Source: Eledone cirrhosa (taxonomy: Eukaryota). From it: a DNA stretch of 64,000 bases. Positions 12,747 to 25,280 of this stretch are shown piece by piece. Under the pieces are notes generated by a model. The model saw nothing but the letters and a program-made list of their open reading frames with translations. It made no database searches and was not told where the DNA came from. Location: NCBI GenBank assembly GCA_964016885.1, contig OZ024749.1:6448001-6512000 (forward strand), given 5' to 3'. Position 1 is the first letter of the stretch; each line of letters opens with the position of its first letter. The position numbers and the translations under genes were made by a program.

Positions 12747-12863
12747 ATTCTGTCACCGAAAAGAAGTAAGTGACATAGTCACTACTTTAAAACCGATAGC
12801 GTATGGTCCTCTAAATGTTTTTAATTAAACATACAATATATTGTCAAATATACTATACATACA

Positions 12864-12894
<31 letters not shown>

Positions 12895-12900
<6 letters not shown>

Positions 12901-13135
12901 TGCCCCCTCGTTATTGAGTATGGCCATTGCACAATATATTAATTAATTCTATTGTGCAATGCCTGTGTGTGAAGATATTTTTTAAAGTGAGGAAAGACTG
13001 TGCACTGAGCCAATCCCACCTTCTGAGCGACAGTAGCTATAACCCGAAAGGAAGAAAATATCAGTTATCCCAGTTTCCTGAGTTGCCTTCTTCTAGAAGA
13101 ATGCCCTGACAAAGGCTAGGGGTCCTTCACTCCCA
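12895..13135 (-). mobile_element. Short non-autonomous RTE-derived element (5'UTR-like part joined to 3' end)
   Basis: Shares GGCCATACTC..AACGAG..GGCAGCCA(T/C)CAT 3' end and GTGGGA(T/C)TGGCT..GTGCA..CACAGGCATTGC block with 49521-49800. Confidence 0.5.
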
Positions 13136-13811
13136 GATATATATATACACACATACACATACATTATATATATAATCTTGCTGTGAGTTTTTTAAGCTGA
13201 GGCCATTACACTGCTACATTAGAATCCATGTGAAAATTTAGGATATAATTTATCAGCCAAATCTAGGTTACTAACTGTACACAATTACTTTGTACATATT
13301 GCAGAGACTTCCATGATTTTCAAGGGGATATAATGATAGACTGCAATGTCGCAAGTACATATTACACTTGAAGCAGATAATGGCATTGCCCTTAAGTTAA
13401 AAAGATGTAATAAAGAAATTTAAACCAATCTATTTTTTCAATATCATCAACTGATGTTTACTCTACAGAAGATGATATTACCTGTACCAACATGACATTT
13501 TCAACAATTTGCCCCAAGTTATAACCAGAGAAATTTAATTAGAAAAATTAGGAAAATAAAAATCTGTGGAAATAAAATTTGTTTGGTAGACAGGTAAGAA
13601 AATAGGATTTGATTTACAAATGTAGTAATCTTGATTATCTTAGGGGCCACTAAGGCTCTCAAGAACATCAGAAATGTTGGACAGCATGATTCTTTTTTAT
13701 TTTTTATCAAAATATAGCTTTGGGTGATTATTTTATTAACTCACAATAAGGTGGTCTAAATGGTGAAACATTAGAACAGCACATGGTATGATGATGATGA
13801 TGATGATAATA

Positions 13812-13990
13812 ATTGTTTCTACTTTTGGCACAAAGCCAGCAATTACCCAGTGCATTACTGGTACTTTATTTTATCGACCCCCGTAAGGATGAAAGGCAAA
13901 GTTAACCTCGGTGGGATTTGAACTCAGAGTGGCAAGGGCCGTAACTCAATGCGTCAAAGCATGGTGTCCGACCCTCTACCGATACTGCCA
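13812..13990 (-). mobile_element. SINE family 1
   Basis: Core and A/B boxes present. Another copy lies at ~14288-14440. Confidence 0.88.
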
Positions 13991-13999
13991 AAGACAATC

Positions 14000-14282
14000 A
14001 AGAGCAACCTTCATGAAAAATCCCTTCATAGCACCGTCTTTAAGAAAACGGAATTCAGAGATCCACAGACATGGTGCTGGTTAAAAAGAGGAGACCTTAA
14101 AAAAAAGCTACAGAAGGAATGCTAATGGTTGCACAAGGGCAAGCCCTCAAAACAAAGTGGGTGAAACACCATATTGACAAGGAGGAGGCTAGCCCACTCT
14201 GTAGGATCTGTGGAGAGAGAGAGAGAGGGGACTGTGGTTCACATTGTATCCAAGTGTAAACACATATCCCAGACTCACTATA
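14000..14282 (+). pseudogene. R4/Dong-like (RLE-type) non-LTR retrotransposon, C-terminal fragment
   Basis: Frameshifted translation TWCWLKRGDLKK/ATEGMLMVAQGQALKTKWVKHHIDK...PLCRICGE..TVVHIVSKC has the W.WL..G.LK..TEG..AQ.QAL motif and a CCHC knuckle. Confidence 0.75.
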
Positions 14283-14499
14283 ATAATAATTGTTTCTACC
14301 TTAGGCACAAGGCCAGCAATTTTGGGGTGTACATTACTGGTACTTTATTTTATTGACCCTGTAAGGATGAAAAGCAAAGCTAACCTCAGCAGGATTTGAA
14401 CTCAGAATATATGCCCTTAGTATGTTGTCCGACACTCTAATCCTCCAGCAATATGATTCTAAAGTTATCATTAAAAGTGGATCTATGTCCACTGCAGCC

Positions 14500-15670
14500 A
14501 TTAACTAAAGTGTCCACTTCTAATGGCTTGGCCACCTACACATTTAAAGCCATTATGAAAATGAACTATCCACCCACAACTACATAGCATCTGAAGCCAT
14601 TGGTGAAAGTATGTCTGTGTCCACTCCTAACTACATTGCTACCTAAACATCTAAAGACTATTGTATCCACTCAACTACATTTGCAACCTAAACATCTAAA
14701 CACTATTACCCACCGAGGTTAACTTTGCCTTTCATCCTTACGGGGTTGATAAAATAAAGTACCAGTAATGTACTGGTTAATTGCTGGCCTTGTGCCAAAA
14801 GTAGAAACAACTATTATTAAAAATGAGACTGTGTCCACTCAACTACATTGCAACCTAAACATTTAAACACTATTATTAAAAGTGAGGCTGTGGATTGGCA
14901 GTATCGGTAGAGGGTCGGACGCCATGCTTTGACGCATAGAGTTACGGCCCTTTCCATTCTGAGTTCAAATCCCGCCGAGGTTAACTTTGCATTTCATCCT
15001 TACGGGGTCGATAAAATAAAGTACCAGTAATACACTGGGTAATTTGCTGGCCTTGTGCCAAAAGTAGAAACAATTATTAAAAGTAAGACTGTGTTCACTC
15101 CTAACTACATTTGCAACCTAAACATCTAAACACTATTACCCGCCGAGGTTAACTTTGCCTTTCATCCTTACGGGGTTGATAAAATAAAGTACCAGTAATG
15201 CACTGGGATAATTGCTGGCCTTGTGCCAAAAATAGAAACAATTACCAAAAGTGAGACTGTGTCAACTCCTAACTACATTTGCAACCTAAACATCTAAACA
15301 CTATTATTGGTAAATTGGCAGTATCGGTAGAGGGTTGGACGCCATGCTTTCTAGCATAGTTACGCCCCTTTATCGTCTGCGTTCAAATCCCGCCGAGGTT
15401 AACTTTGCCTTTCATCCTTACGGGGTCGATAAAATAAAGTACCAGTAATGTGCTGGGAATTGCTGGCCTTGTGCCAAAGGTAGAAACAATTATTAAAAGT
15501 GTGTCTGTATCCACTCATAACTTCATTTCCACCTACACATTTAAAACAATTATGAAGTTTGTATATTTGTCTATTCACGACTACAGTGACATATAAATCT
15601 ATCATTAATAGAGAGTCTGTGTCCACTGATAACTACATAGTCATCTTAAACCATAAGCTAAAGTGTGTCT
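14500..15670 (+). repeat. Degenerate ~60-bp tandem repeat interleaved with four SINE1 copies
   Basis: Unit GTGTCCACTCCTAACTACATTGCAACCTAAACATCTAAACACTATTA; SINEs at ~14708, 14890, 15138, 15310. Confidence 0.8.
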
Positions 15671-15901
15671 GTGACACCGAGTCCTCCTCTCCAGTACTTT
15701 AAAACTGACCATAATATACTCCATATTATTCCAAAAACTGATGATGCTGGTATTTTCTATTTTTGTCTGTCTTGGTCATCAAAGTTTCTCCAGAGAGTTT
15801 AGAAGATAAAATAAAAAAATATGGAAATGAGTGAAATCAATAGAAGGGGAAAAAAAAAACACCAAAAATAAAAACCCTCTAAAAGTTATTTAAAATATAC
15901 T

Positions 15902-16106
15902 TTAACCCTTTATATATCAGGCCAGAAATCTCTTCTCAAACCAGCCGTAACTGGCTGCCCATACTGATATTAAGGTATTGTTCTCAAAATAAAAAAATAT
16001 TAAAATCTCATAGATTCAATATTATGTGAGATAATTATGTAAGGTAAAGTGTTTACCATGAATATACAATAGTATATATTGAGTATCATAAATGCGAAAG
16101 GGTTAA
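15902..16106 (+). mobile_element. piggyBac-type MITE
   Basis: TTAACCCTTT...AAAGGGTTAA; homologous to 7289-7504. Confidence 0.8.
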
Positions 16107-16298
16107 TTTCAAAAGAAATAAAATCTTCCCCACCCACAAAAAAAAGACCATACATACAATATTAACTATTAATATCCTCTAATAATAGAGTAGAAAATGT
16201 CTAAAACAGGTTTGTTAATTCAAATAGTTATACTATCTTTACTAGTGGACAGATCATTGTAAAAATGGGTAGTATTAAACTAAAGACGTTGATTCTTT

Positions 16299-18112
16299 AA
16301 TGTGATGCAGTCATAGTCGTGTGTTATATATTTCAAGAATGTCATGCTAATGTGATGCAGTGATAGTGTCGTTTTATATATTTCAAGAATGTCATGTTAA
16401 TGTGATGCAGTCATAGTGCTGTTTTATATATTTCAAGCATGTCATGCTAATGTGATGCAGTCATAGTCGTGTTTTATATATTTCAAGCATGTCATGCTAA
16501 TGTGATGCAGTCATGGTCCTGTTTTATATATTTCAAGCATGTCATGTTAATGTGATGCAGTCTTAGTGCTGTTTTATATATTTCAAGAATGTCATGTTAA
16601 TGTGATGCAGTCTTAGTGCTGCTTTATATATTTCAAGCATGTCATGCTGATGTGATGCAGTCATGGTGCTGTTTTATATATTTCAAGCATGTCATGTTAA
16701 TGTGATGCAGTCTTAGTGCTGTTTTATATATTTCAAGAATGTCATGTTAATGTGATGCAGTCTTAGTGCTGCTTTATATATTTCAAGCATGTCATGCTAA
16801 TGTGATGCAGTCATGGTGCTGTTTTATATATTTCAAGCATGTCATGTTAATGTGATGCAGTCTTAGTGCTGTTTTATATATTTCAAGAATGTCCTGCTAA
16901 TGTGATGCAGTCATAGTGCTGTTTTATATATTTCAAGAATGTCATGTTAATGTGATGCAGTCTTAGTGCTGCTTTATATATTTCAAGCATGTCATGCTAA
17001 TGTGATGCAGTCATAGTGCTGTTTTATATATTTCAAGAATGTCCTGCTAATGTGATGCAGTCTTAGTGCTGTTTTATATATTTCAAGCATGTCATGCTAA
17101 TGTGATGCAGTCATAGTGCTGTTTTATATATTTCAAGCATGTCATGCTAATGTGATGCAGTCATAGTGCTGTTTTATACATTTCAAGCATGTCATGCTAA
17201 TGTGATGCAGTCATAGTGCTGTTTTATATATCTCAAGAATGTCCTGTTAATGTGATGCAGTCATAGTGCTGTTTTATACATTTCAAGAATGTCATGTTAA
17301 TGTGATGCAGTCATAGTGCTGTTTTCTATATTTCAAGAATGTCCTGTTAATGTGATGCAGTCATAGTGCTGTTTTATATATCTCAAGAATGTCATTCTAA
17401 TGTGATGCAGTCATAGTGCTGTTTTTTTTATATTTCAAGAATGTCATGCTAATGTGATGCAGTCATAGTGCTGTTTTATATATTTCAAGAATGTCCTGCT
17501 AATGTGATGCAGTCATAGTGCTGTTTTATACATTTCAAGCATGTCATGTTAATGTGATGCAGTCTTAGTGCTGTTTTATATATTTCAAGAATGTCCTGTT
17601 AATGTGATGCAGTCATAGTGCTGTTTTATACATTTCAAGAATGTCCTGTTAATGTGATGCAGTCATAGTGCTGTTTTATATATCTCAAGAATGTCATGCT
17701 AATGTGATGCAGTCATAGTGCTTTTTTTTTTTATATTTCAAGCATGTCATGCTAATGTGATGCAGTCATAGTGCTGTTTTATACATTTCAAGCATGTCAT
17801 GCTAATGTGATGCAGTCTTAGTGATGTTTTTTTATATTTCAAGAATGTCATGCTAATGTGATGCAGTCATAGTGCTGTTTTTTTATATTTCAAGCATGTC
17901 ATGCTAATGTGATGCAGTCATAGTGTTGTTTTATACATTTCAAGCATGTCATGCTAATGTGATGCAGTCTTAGTGCTGTTTTATATATTTCAAGCATGTC
18001 ATGCTAATGTGATACAGTCATAGTGCTGTTTTATATATTTCAAGCATGTCATGCTAATGTGATGCAGTCATAGTGCTGTTTTATATATTTTAAGAATGTC
18101 CTGCTAATGTGA
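16299..18112. repeat. 50-bp satellite, about 36 copies
   Basis: Unit AATGTGATGCAGTCATAGTGCTGTTTTATATATTTCAAGCATGTCATGCT. Confidence 0.97.
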
Positions 18113-18171
18113 TTTCCTGTGGTCTGTTATTTCAAATGTTTATAGTAAATTTACTAGTGGACAGATCCTCA

Positions 18172-18935
18172 CCATCATCATCGTTTAACCTCCATTTTCC
18201 ATGATAGCATGGGTAGGACGGGCAGTCTCATTATGAGAGATCAGGTCAGAGGACCTTGATTTGCATATATGGAACTGATTTTGCCTTGCTTTCTACAGCT
18301 GGATGCCCTTCCTAACGCCAAACATATTTACAGTGTGTGCTGGATGCTTTCTGTCGTGACACCTACATGACCATTTTACAGAGTGGACTGGGTGTTTATT
18401 GTTGTGACACCTACATGACAACTTTACAGAGTGGACTGTGTGTTTATTGTCGTGACACCTGCATGACCACTTTACAGAGTGAACTGGGTGTTTATTGTTG
18501 TGACACCTACATGACCGCTTTACAGTGTAGACTGAGTGCTTATTGTCGTGACACCTACATGACCACTTTACAGAGTGGACTGGGTGTTTATTGTTGTGAC
18601 ACCTACATAACCACTTTACAGAGTGGACTGGGTGTTTATTGTTGTGACACCTACATAACCACTTTACAGAGTGGACTGAGTGTTTATTGTTGTGATACCT
18701 ACATGACCACTTTACATTGTGTGCTGGATGCTTATTGTTTGTGACACCTACATGACCACTTTACAGAGTGGACTGGGTGTTTATTGTCATGACACCTACA
18801 TGACCACTTTACATTGTGTGCTGGATGCTTATTGTCGTGACACCTACATGACCACTTTACAGAGTGGACTGGGTGTTTATTGTTGTGACATCTACATGAC
18901 CACTTTACAGTGTGTGCTGGGTGCTTTTTTGTTGT
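18172..18935 (-). mobile_element. RTE LINE 3'UTR with an internal 48-bp unit amplified about 12 times
   Basis: (CAT)n tail; GGATGCCCTTCCTAAC motif shared with the RTE UTRs; 48-bp period at 18340-18930. Confidence 0.85.
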
Positions 18936-18977
18936 GAAAATTGGCAATATCCAACTAAAGATTGTAATATTTAATGT

Positions 18978-19774
18978 GACGAACAGCAATGTTGCATGGC
19001 AGTGAGACCTGGGCATTGTGTGCAGAGGATATACGCAGACTAGAGAGGAACGAAGCTTGCATGCTCCGCTGGATGTGTAACAGTAATATACGTGAACGGC
19101 AAAGCATAAACGAACTAAGGAAAAAATTAGAAATAAGAGGGATCAGATGTTGTTTACTCGAGAGAAGGCTACGTTGGTATGGACACGTGATGCGCATGAA
19201 AGTCGATAGCTGTATAACAAAGTGCAGGGCAATAAAGATAGACGGTAGCCACGGAATAGGCAGACCTAGAAAAACCTGGGACGAGCTGATAAACTCCGAC
19301 CTCACACACTTACACCTCTCCAAGACAATGTCACTGGACCGAGACCTTTGGCGGTACTCAGTAACAGAGAAGACCCGCCTTACCTAAATACATAGTAAAA
19401 CCTACTACAGCCAGTAGGCATCTCTAACAAAATACACACCCCCCCCCCAACCCATCCACACCGCCCCTTCAATGTAAAGTTATGTTGGTGCCACAACATC
19501 CAGGCCGAAACAAATGAGATCGTGTAGGTGTCACGACAAAAAAAACACACAGTCCACGCTGTAATGTGGCCATGTAGGCAACACGGTAAAAACCTCCCAG
19601 ACCCACACTGTAAATGTGGTTGGTGTTAGGAAGGGCATCCAACCGTAGAAAACCCGCCAGACAGTCCTATGCGAGCAAGACAATCACTCTTGCCTCAGTG
19701 GGAAAACCCCCGTCCAAACCCATGCAAGCGTGGAACACGGACGTTAAACGTTGATGATGATGATGATGATGATG
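18978..19774 (+). mobile_element. RTE-clade LINE, subfamily A, 5'-truncated
   Basis: MLHGSETW...RRLRWYGHVMR...GRPRKTW, then 3'UTR ending in (GAT)n; nearly identical to 43890-44690. Confidence 0.93.
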
Positions 19775-20091
19775 CAATCATAGTGCTGTTTTGTATAGCT
19801 AATACGGTTTCATGTGGTACAGGACTTTAAACTTAACACTATATCAGATTAATTATGACTGTTGTTGTTGTTGTTGGCATAAATTAGTTAGCTGATTAGT
19901 AAAAGACCAGTTTCACTTTTCTGTAAAGCATTAATGTTCACAAATAACATAACTTCACCGAATTAACATATTTTTATTTATTTTTTATTTTTTTGTTTCT
20001 TTTTTGTTTTTGTTTATCTAAGACGAACAAAATATAACTGCGATAAGCTGTGCAATCTATAAACTCTTGTGTTGATGAAATATAATTATCT

Positions 20092-20273
20092 GAAGAAGAA
20101 GAAGAAGAAGGAAAAGAAGAAGAAGAAGAAGAAGAAGAAGAAGAAGAAGAAGAAGAAGAAGAAGAAGAAGAAGAAGGAGAAGAAGAAGAAGAAGAAGAAA
20201 ACTTACATTCAATTATCATAATGGAATTTACTAGTCAACCATAAACTTGATTAATTTATATTAAGAAAAAAAT

Positions 20274-20304
<31 letters not shown>

Positions 20305-20795
20305 GAATAGTAAATAAATAAATAATAATAATCAAATAATTGTAATGATAATAATGAAAATATAATAAAATAATGATAATATTAATAATAATAATCAAAT
20401 AATTGTAATTATGATAATGATGATAATGAAAATGAAAAGGTAAACATAAAGTTGTCTTAACATTTTGAGATTATTAGCAACACAACTTAATACATCAAAT
20501 AGAAAATAAAAACACAAACATTCACAATATACACACATACACACACAGATATACACACACACACATACACACATATACACGCATATATACACGCATATAT
20601 ACACACATATATACGCACATATATATACACACACATATACACACACACACACACACGCACATATATATACACACACACATATACACGCATATATACACAC
20701 ATATATACACACATATACACGCACATATATATATACACACACATATACACACACACACATATATAGATACACACACATACACACACACACATATA
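20092..20795. repeat. (GAA)n, (TAA)n and (CA/TA)n microsatellites
   Basis: Direct inspection. Confidence 0.92.
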
Positions 20796-21030
20796 ACAAA
20801 CAAAAAAACGGGAATTAAATGAATAAATATTTTCTTTTCAGTTCTTAGATAAGGAAGGAAGAAAGAAAGAAAGATAGAATCTTTAGAATCTTGTTTGAAA
20901 AAATAGAAGAAAACAACTTTATTTTCTTGAGATTATCTACTTGATTGTTGTTGTTATGTTGTTGTTATGTTGTTGTTATGTTGTTGTTATGATTTTGATA
21001 AAAACAATAAAACAATTATGATATTATTAA

Positions 21031-21618
21031 ATCATTAAACACCCCTTATTTTCCACAATGGTATGGTCTTGTGGTGGTCATGCAACAAACATGTCACCCA
21101 GCTATCATTAAACACCCCTTATTTTCCACAATGGTATGGTCTTGTGGTGGTCATGCTACAAACATGTCACCCAGCTATCATTAAACACCCCTTATTTTCC
21201 ACAATGGTATGGTCTTGTGGTGGTCATGCTACAAACATGTCACCCAGCTCTCATTAAACACCCCTTATTTTCCACAATGGTATGGTCTTGTGGTGGTCAT
21301 GCTACAAACATGTCACCCAGCTATCATTAAACACCCCTTATTTTCCACAATGGTATGGTCTTGTGGTGGTCATGCTACAAACATGTCACCCAGCTCTCAT
21401 TAAACACCCCTTATTTTCCACAATGGTATGGTCTTGTGGTGGTCATGCTACAAACATGTCACCCAGCTCTCATTAAACACCCCTTATTTTTCACAATGGT
21501 ATGGTCTTGTGGTGGTCATGCTACAAACATGTCACCCAGCTATCATTAAACACCCCTTATTTACCACAATGGTATGGTCTTGTGGTGGTCATGCTACAAA
21601 CATGTCACCCAGCTATCA
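21031..21618. repeat. 73-bp tandem repeat, 8 copies
   Basis: Repeat ORFs start at 21063, 21136, 21209 and onward, giving a 73-bp period. Confidence 0.96.
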
Positions 21619-21670
21619 TATGACTATAAGACATTCAGTTGTTTGATCAAGTGAATGCCCAGCTCATGAA

Positions 21671-21901
21671 TTAACCCTTTACCATTTACCAATAAATGGT
21701 ATTGTATTTTCATGGTAAAGGTTTTACCTCACATAACCATCTCACATAATATTGAAATAATATTGAATCAATGAGATTTTGATATTTATTTTGAGAACAA
21801 TACTTTAACATAAATATGAGCAGCTGGTTACAGCCAGTTTGAACAGAAAGAGATGAGGGAATTCTGGCCAGAAATGACCAGGTTAAATGTTAAAGGGTTA
21901 A
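21671..21901 (-). mobile_element. piggyBac-type MITE
   Basis: TTAACCCTTT...AAAGGGTTAA; reverse-oriented homolog of 7289-7504. Confidence 0.8.
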
Positions 21902-22047
21902 TGTGAAAGTGGCTGCATATTCTAAAGATATGTGCACCCTTGATATAATTTGCAATCTGAATTGGTATGACAGAATATGTGACAAGCATGGGTCTTTCAA
22001 TTGTAAATATGATTCAACCAACAGACTTCTGTATAGTTCCTATCTAC

Positions 22048-22216
22048 CAGGGCCTATGAGAGAGGGGGGGGTTCCAGTCGGTACTTTGTTCTGGGGCCCT
22101 AGAGCTAAGAAGACCCCACAGCAACCATGCAACATCCATTTTGAGAAAAATGTTTGCCTGCTTCGGGCGCCAAAGGGGTCTTGTACTGCCTTGCAAAATT
22201 CCTCTTGGAGGCCCTG
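22048..22216. mobile_element. Small hAT-type MITE
   Basis: TIRs CAGGGCCT / AGGCCCTG; 8-bp TSD CTATCTAC / CCATCTAC (7/8 match). Confidence 0.7.
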
Positions 22217-22369
22217 CCATCTACCCAATTGCACTCTTAAGGCATTGGTTGGCTTGAGGCTACGGTGAAGAAACTTGCCCATGCTGCCACTCAATGGAAT
22301 TAAACACAGATCCTCATGAATAAAAAGTAAGCATGTTAATCACTGATATCCTTTTGTCAATTACCAACT

Positions 22370-22812
22370 ATGTAGTGAGACATGGGTAGCAACTGCAGAG
22401 TATATGCGACGGCTGGAGAGAAATGAGGCAAGCATGCTCTGTTGGATGTGCAGTGTAAATGTGCGTGAACGACCCAGCATAAATGTGTTGAGAGAGAAAC
22501 TGTGTCTGAGAGGGATAGAATGTAGTGTACGGGAGAGGGGACTGAGGTGGTATGGACATGTGATGCGCATGGAGGATGACCGATGGGTGAAGAAGTACCA
22601 GGAATTGCCAGTTGAAGGAAGACGTGGTAGAGGTAGACCACGAAAAACATGGGCGGAGGTGGTGAGAACAGACCTCAGATCATTGAAGCTCACGGTGGAG
22701 ATGACGAAGGACCATGACGAGTGGAGAGATGCTGTGCTGAATAAGACCCGTCCCACCCTTGCAAGCAGGGAAAAGCGGACGTAAAATGATGATGATGATG
22801 ATGATGATGATG
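22370..22812 (+). mobile_element. RTE-clade LINE, subfamily B, 5'-truncated (ORF runs into the (GAT)n tail)
   Basis: RLERNEASML..LRWYGHVMR..GRGRPRKTW..REKRT* followed directly by (GAT)n. Confidence 0.92.
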
Positions 22813-23234
22813 TAACCATTTTGGTATCAAACTGCCTGAAACCATGCTTGGTTCTATGATACAAATTGTATGGTATGCACCATAACTGCTTAGGAATTGT
22901 AGGGGTGCCATATTGATATACAAACTTTCTAGAGCATCATTTAAAGCTGGCAGAGCCCATCTCCTCTCCAGGCCTGAATTAGCAGCAGATTTCTTCGAGC
23001 GAAGGATAGAAAGTGAGATAGAAAGGACGCGAGAAAGATATATACTCAGGTAGAATCTACCTAAGTACTTCACGGGTATTTCGTTTAGCGACCATGAATG
23101 GATGAAAGGCAAAGTTGACCTCAGCAGGACTTGAACTCAGAGATGAGAGAGATGATGAAAAGGTGTTTGATTTAAAGTCTACATATTTATCTAAAAACGT
23201 TCCACACAACTCTATGCAAACACCTTCATTTAGA

Positions 23235-23416
23235 GTGGCAGTATCGGCAGTGTCAGACACCATTCTTTGCGGCATAGAGTTACGGCCCTTTACGTCCCGA
23301 GTTCAAGTCCTGCCGAGGTTAACTTTGCCTTTCATGCTTACGTGGGTCGATGAAATAAAGTACCAGTAATACACTAGGGTAATTGCTGGCCTTGTGCCAA
23401 AAGTAGAAACAATTAT
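23235..23416 (+). mobile_element. SINE family 1
   Basis: A/B boxes, core and tail present. Confidence 0.88.
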
Positions 23417-23586
23417 ATTATGCTCCAAATACTAGCTGACTAATCAGAAAGTTATATTATAAAATATTTCAAAAGTTGGGATTATTTTCAGAGTCATTTG
23501 AAAATCATAGACAGCATATTTATTTGAGATATGGTCACAATAGGGTTAAAGTATTTATATTTATCTAAGAACCTTCCATCATTTTA

Positions 23587-25280
23587 TTATTTCATGTAGG
23601 GGCAGTGGATTGGCAGTATTGGTAGAGGGTCGAACGCCATGCTTTGACGCATAGAGTTATGGCCCTTGCCATTCTGAGTTCAAATCCCGTCGAGGTTAAC
23701 TTTGCCTTTCATCCTTACGGGGTCGATAAAATAAAGTACCAGTAATACACTGGGGTAATTGCTGGCCTTGTGCCTAACGTAGAAACAATTATTTCATGTA
23801 GGGGCGGTGAATTGGCAGTATTGGTAGTGGGTCTATGCTTTGCAGCATAGAGTTACACACCTTTACAGTCGGAGTTCAAATCCCACCGAGCTTAACTTTG
23901 CCTGTCATCCTTACGGGGGGTCGATGAAATAAAGTACCAGTAATACACTGGGGTAATTGCTGGCCTTGTGCCAAAAAGTAGAAACAATTATTTCATGTAG
24001 GGGCGGTGAATTGGCAGTATCGGTAGAGGGTTGGGTCAGACGCCATGCTTTGCAGCATAGAGTTACACACCTTTACAGTCGGAGTTCAAATCCCACCGAG
24101 CTTAACTTTGCCTGTCATCCTTACGGGGGGTCGATGAAATAAAGTACCAGTAATACACTGGGGTAATTGCTGGCCTTGTGCCAAAAAGTAGAAACAATTA
24201 TTTCATGTAGGGGCGGTGAATTGGCAGTATCGGTAGAGGGTTGGGTCAGACGCCATGCTTTGCAGCATAGAGTTACACACCTTTACAGTCGGAGTTCAAA
24301 TCCCACCGAGCTTAACTTTGCCTGTCATCCTTACGGGGGGTCGATGAAATAAAGTACCAGTAATACACTGGGGTAATTGCTGGCCTTGTGCCAAAAAGTA
24401 GAAACAATTATTTCATGTAGGGGCGGTGAATTGGCAGTATCGGTAGAGGGTTGGGTCAGACGCCATGCTTTGCAGCATAGAGTTACACACCTTTACAGTC
24501 GGAGTTCAAATCCCACCGAGCTTAACTTTGCCTGTCATCCTTACGGGGGGTCGATGAAATAAAGTACCAGTAATACACTGGGGTAATTGCTGGCCTTGTG
24601 CCAAAAAGTAGAAACAATTATTTCATGTAGGGGCGGTGAATTGGCAGTATCGGTAGAGGGTTGGGTCAGACGCCATGCTTTGCAGCATAGAGTTACACGC
24701 CTTTACAGTCGGAGTTCAAATCCCACCGAGCTTAACTTTGCCTGTCATCCTTACGGGGGGTCGATGAAATAAAGTACCAGTAATACACTGGGGTAATTGC
24801 TGGCCTTGTGCCAAAATGTAGAAACAATTATTTCATGTAGGGGCGGTGAATTGGCAGTATCGGTAGAGGGTCGGGTCAGATGCCATGCTTTGCAGCATAG
24901 AGTTACACACCTTTACAGTCGGAGTTCAAATCCCACCGAGCTTAACTTTGCCTGTCATCCTTACGGGGGGTCGATGAAATAAAGTACCAGTAATACACTG
25001 GGGTAATTGCTGGCCTTGTGCCAAAAAGTAGAAACAATTATTTCATGTAGGGGCGGTGAATTGGCAGTATCGGTAGAGGGTTGGGTCAGACGCCATGCTT
25101 TGCAGCATAGAGTTACACACCTTTACAGCCTCAGTTCATATCTCACCGAGGTTAACTTTGCCTTTCATCCTTTCGGGGTCGATAAAATAAAGTACCAGTC
25201 ACGCACCGGGGTCAATATAATCGACTTTCCCTTCCCCAAAATTGCTGGCCTTGTGCCTATGTAATAAACCATTATTTCAC
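23587..25280 (+). repeat. Head-to-tail array of 8 SINE1 units (210-bp period in the core of the array)
   Basis: Near-identical units recur at 23957, 24167, 24377, 24587, 24797, 25007; each has A/B boxes, core and tail; spacer TTATTTCATGTA. Confidence 0.95.

Noticed and set aside
23957-25264. Six repeated 61-aa ORFs as a tandem gene family
   Set aside because: They are chance frames crossing SINE unit junctions.
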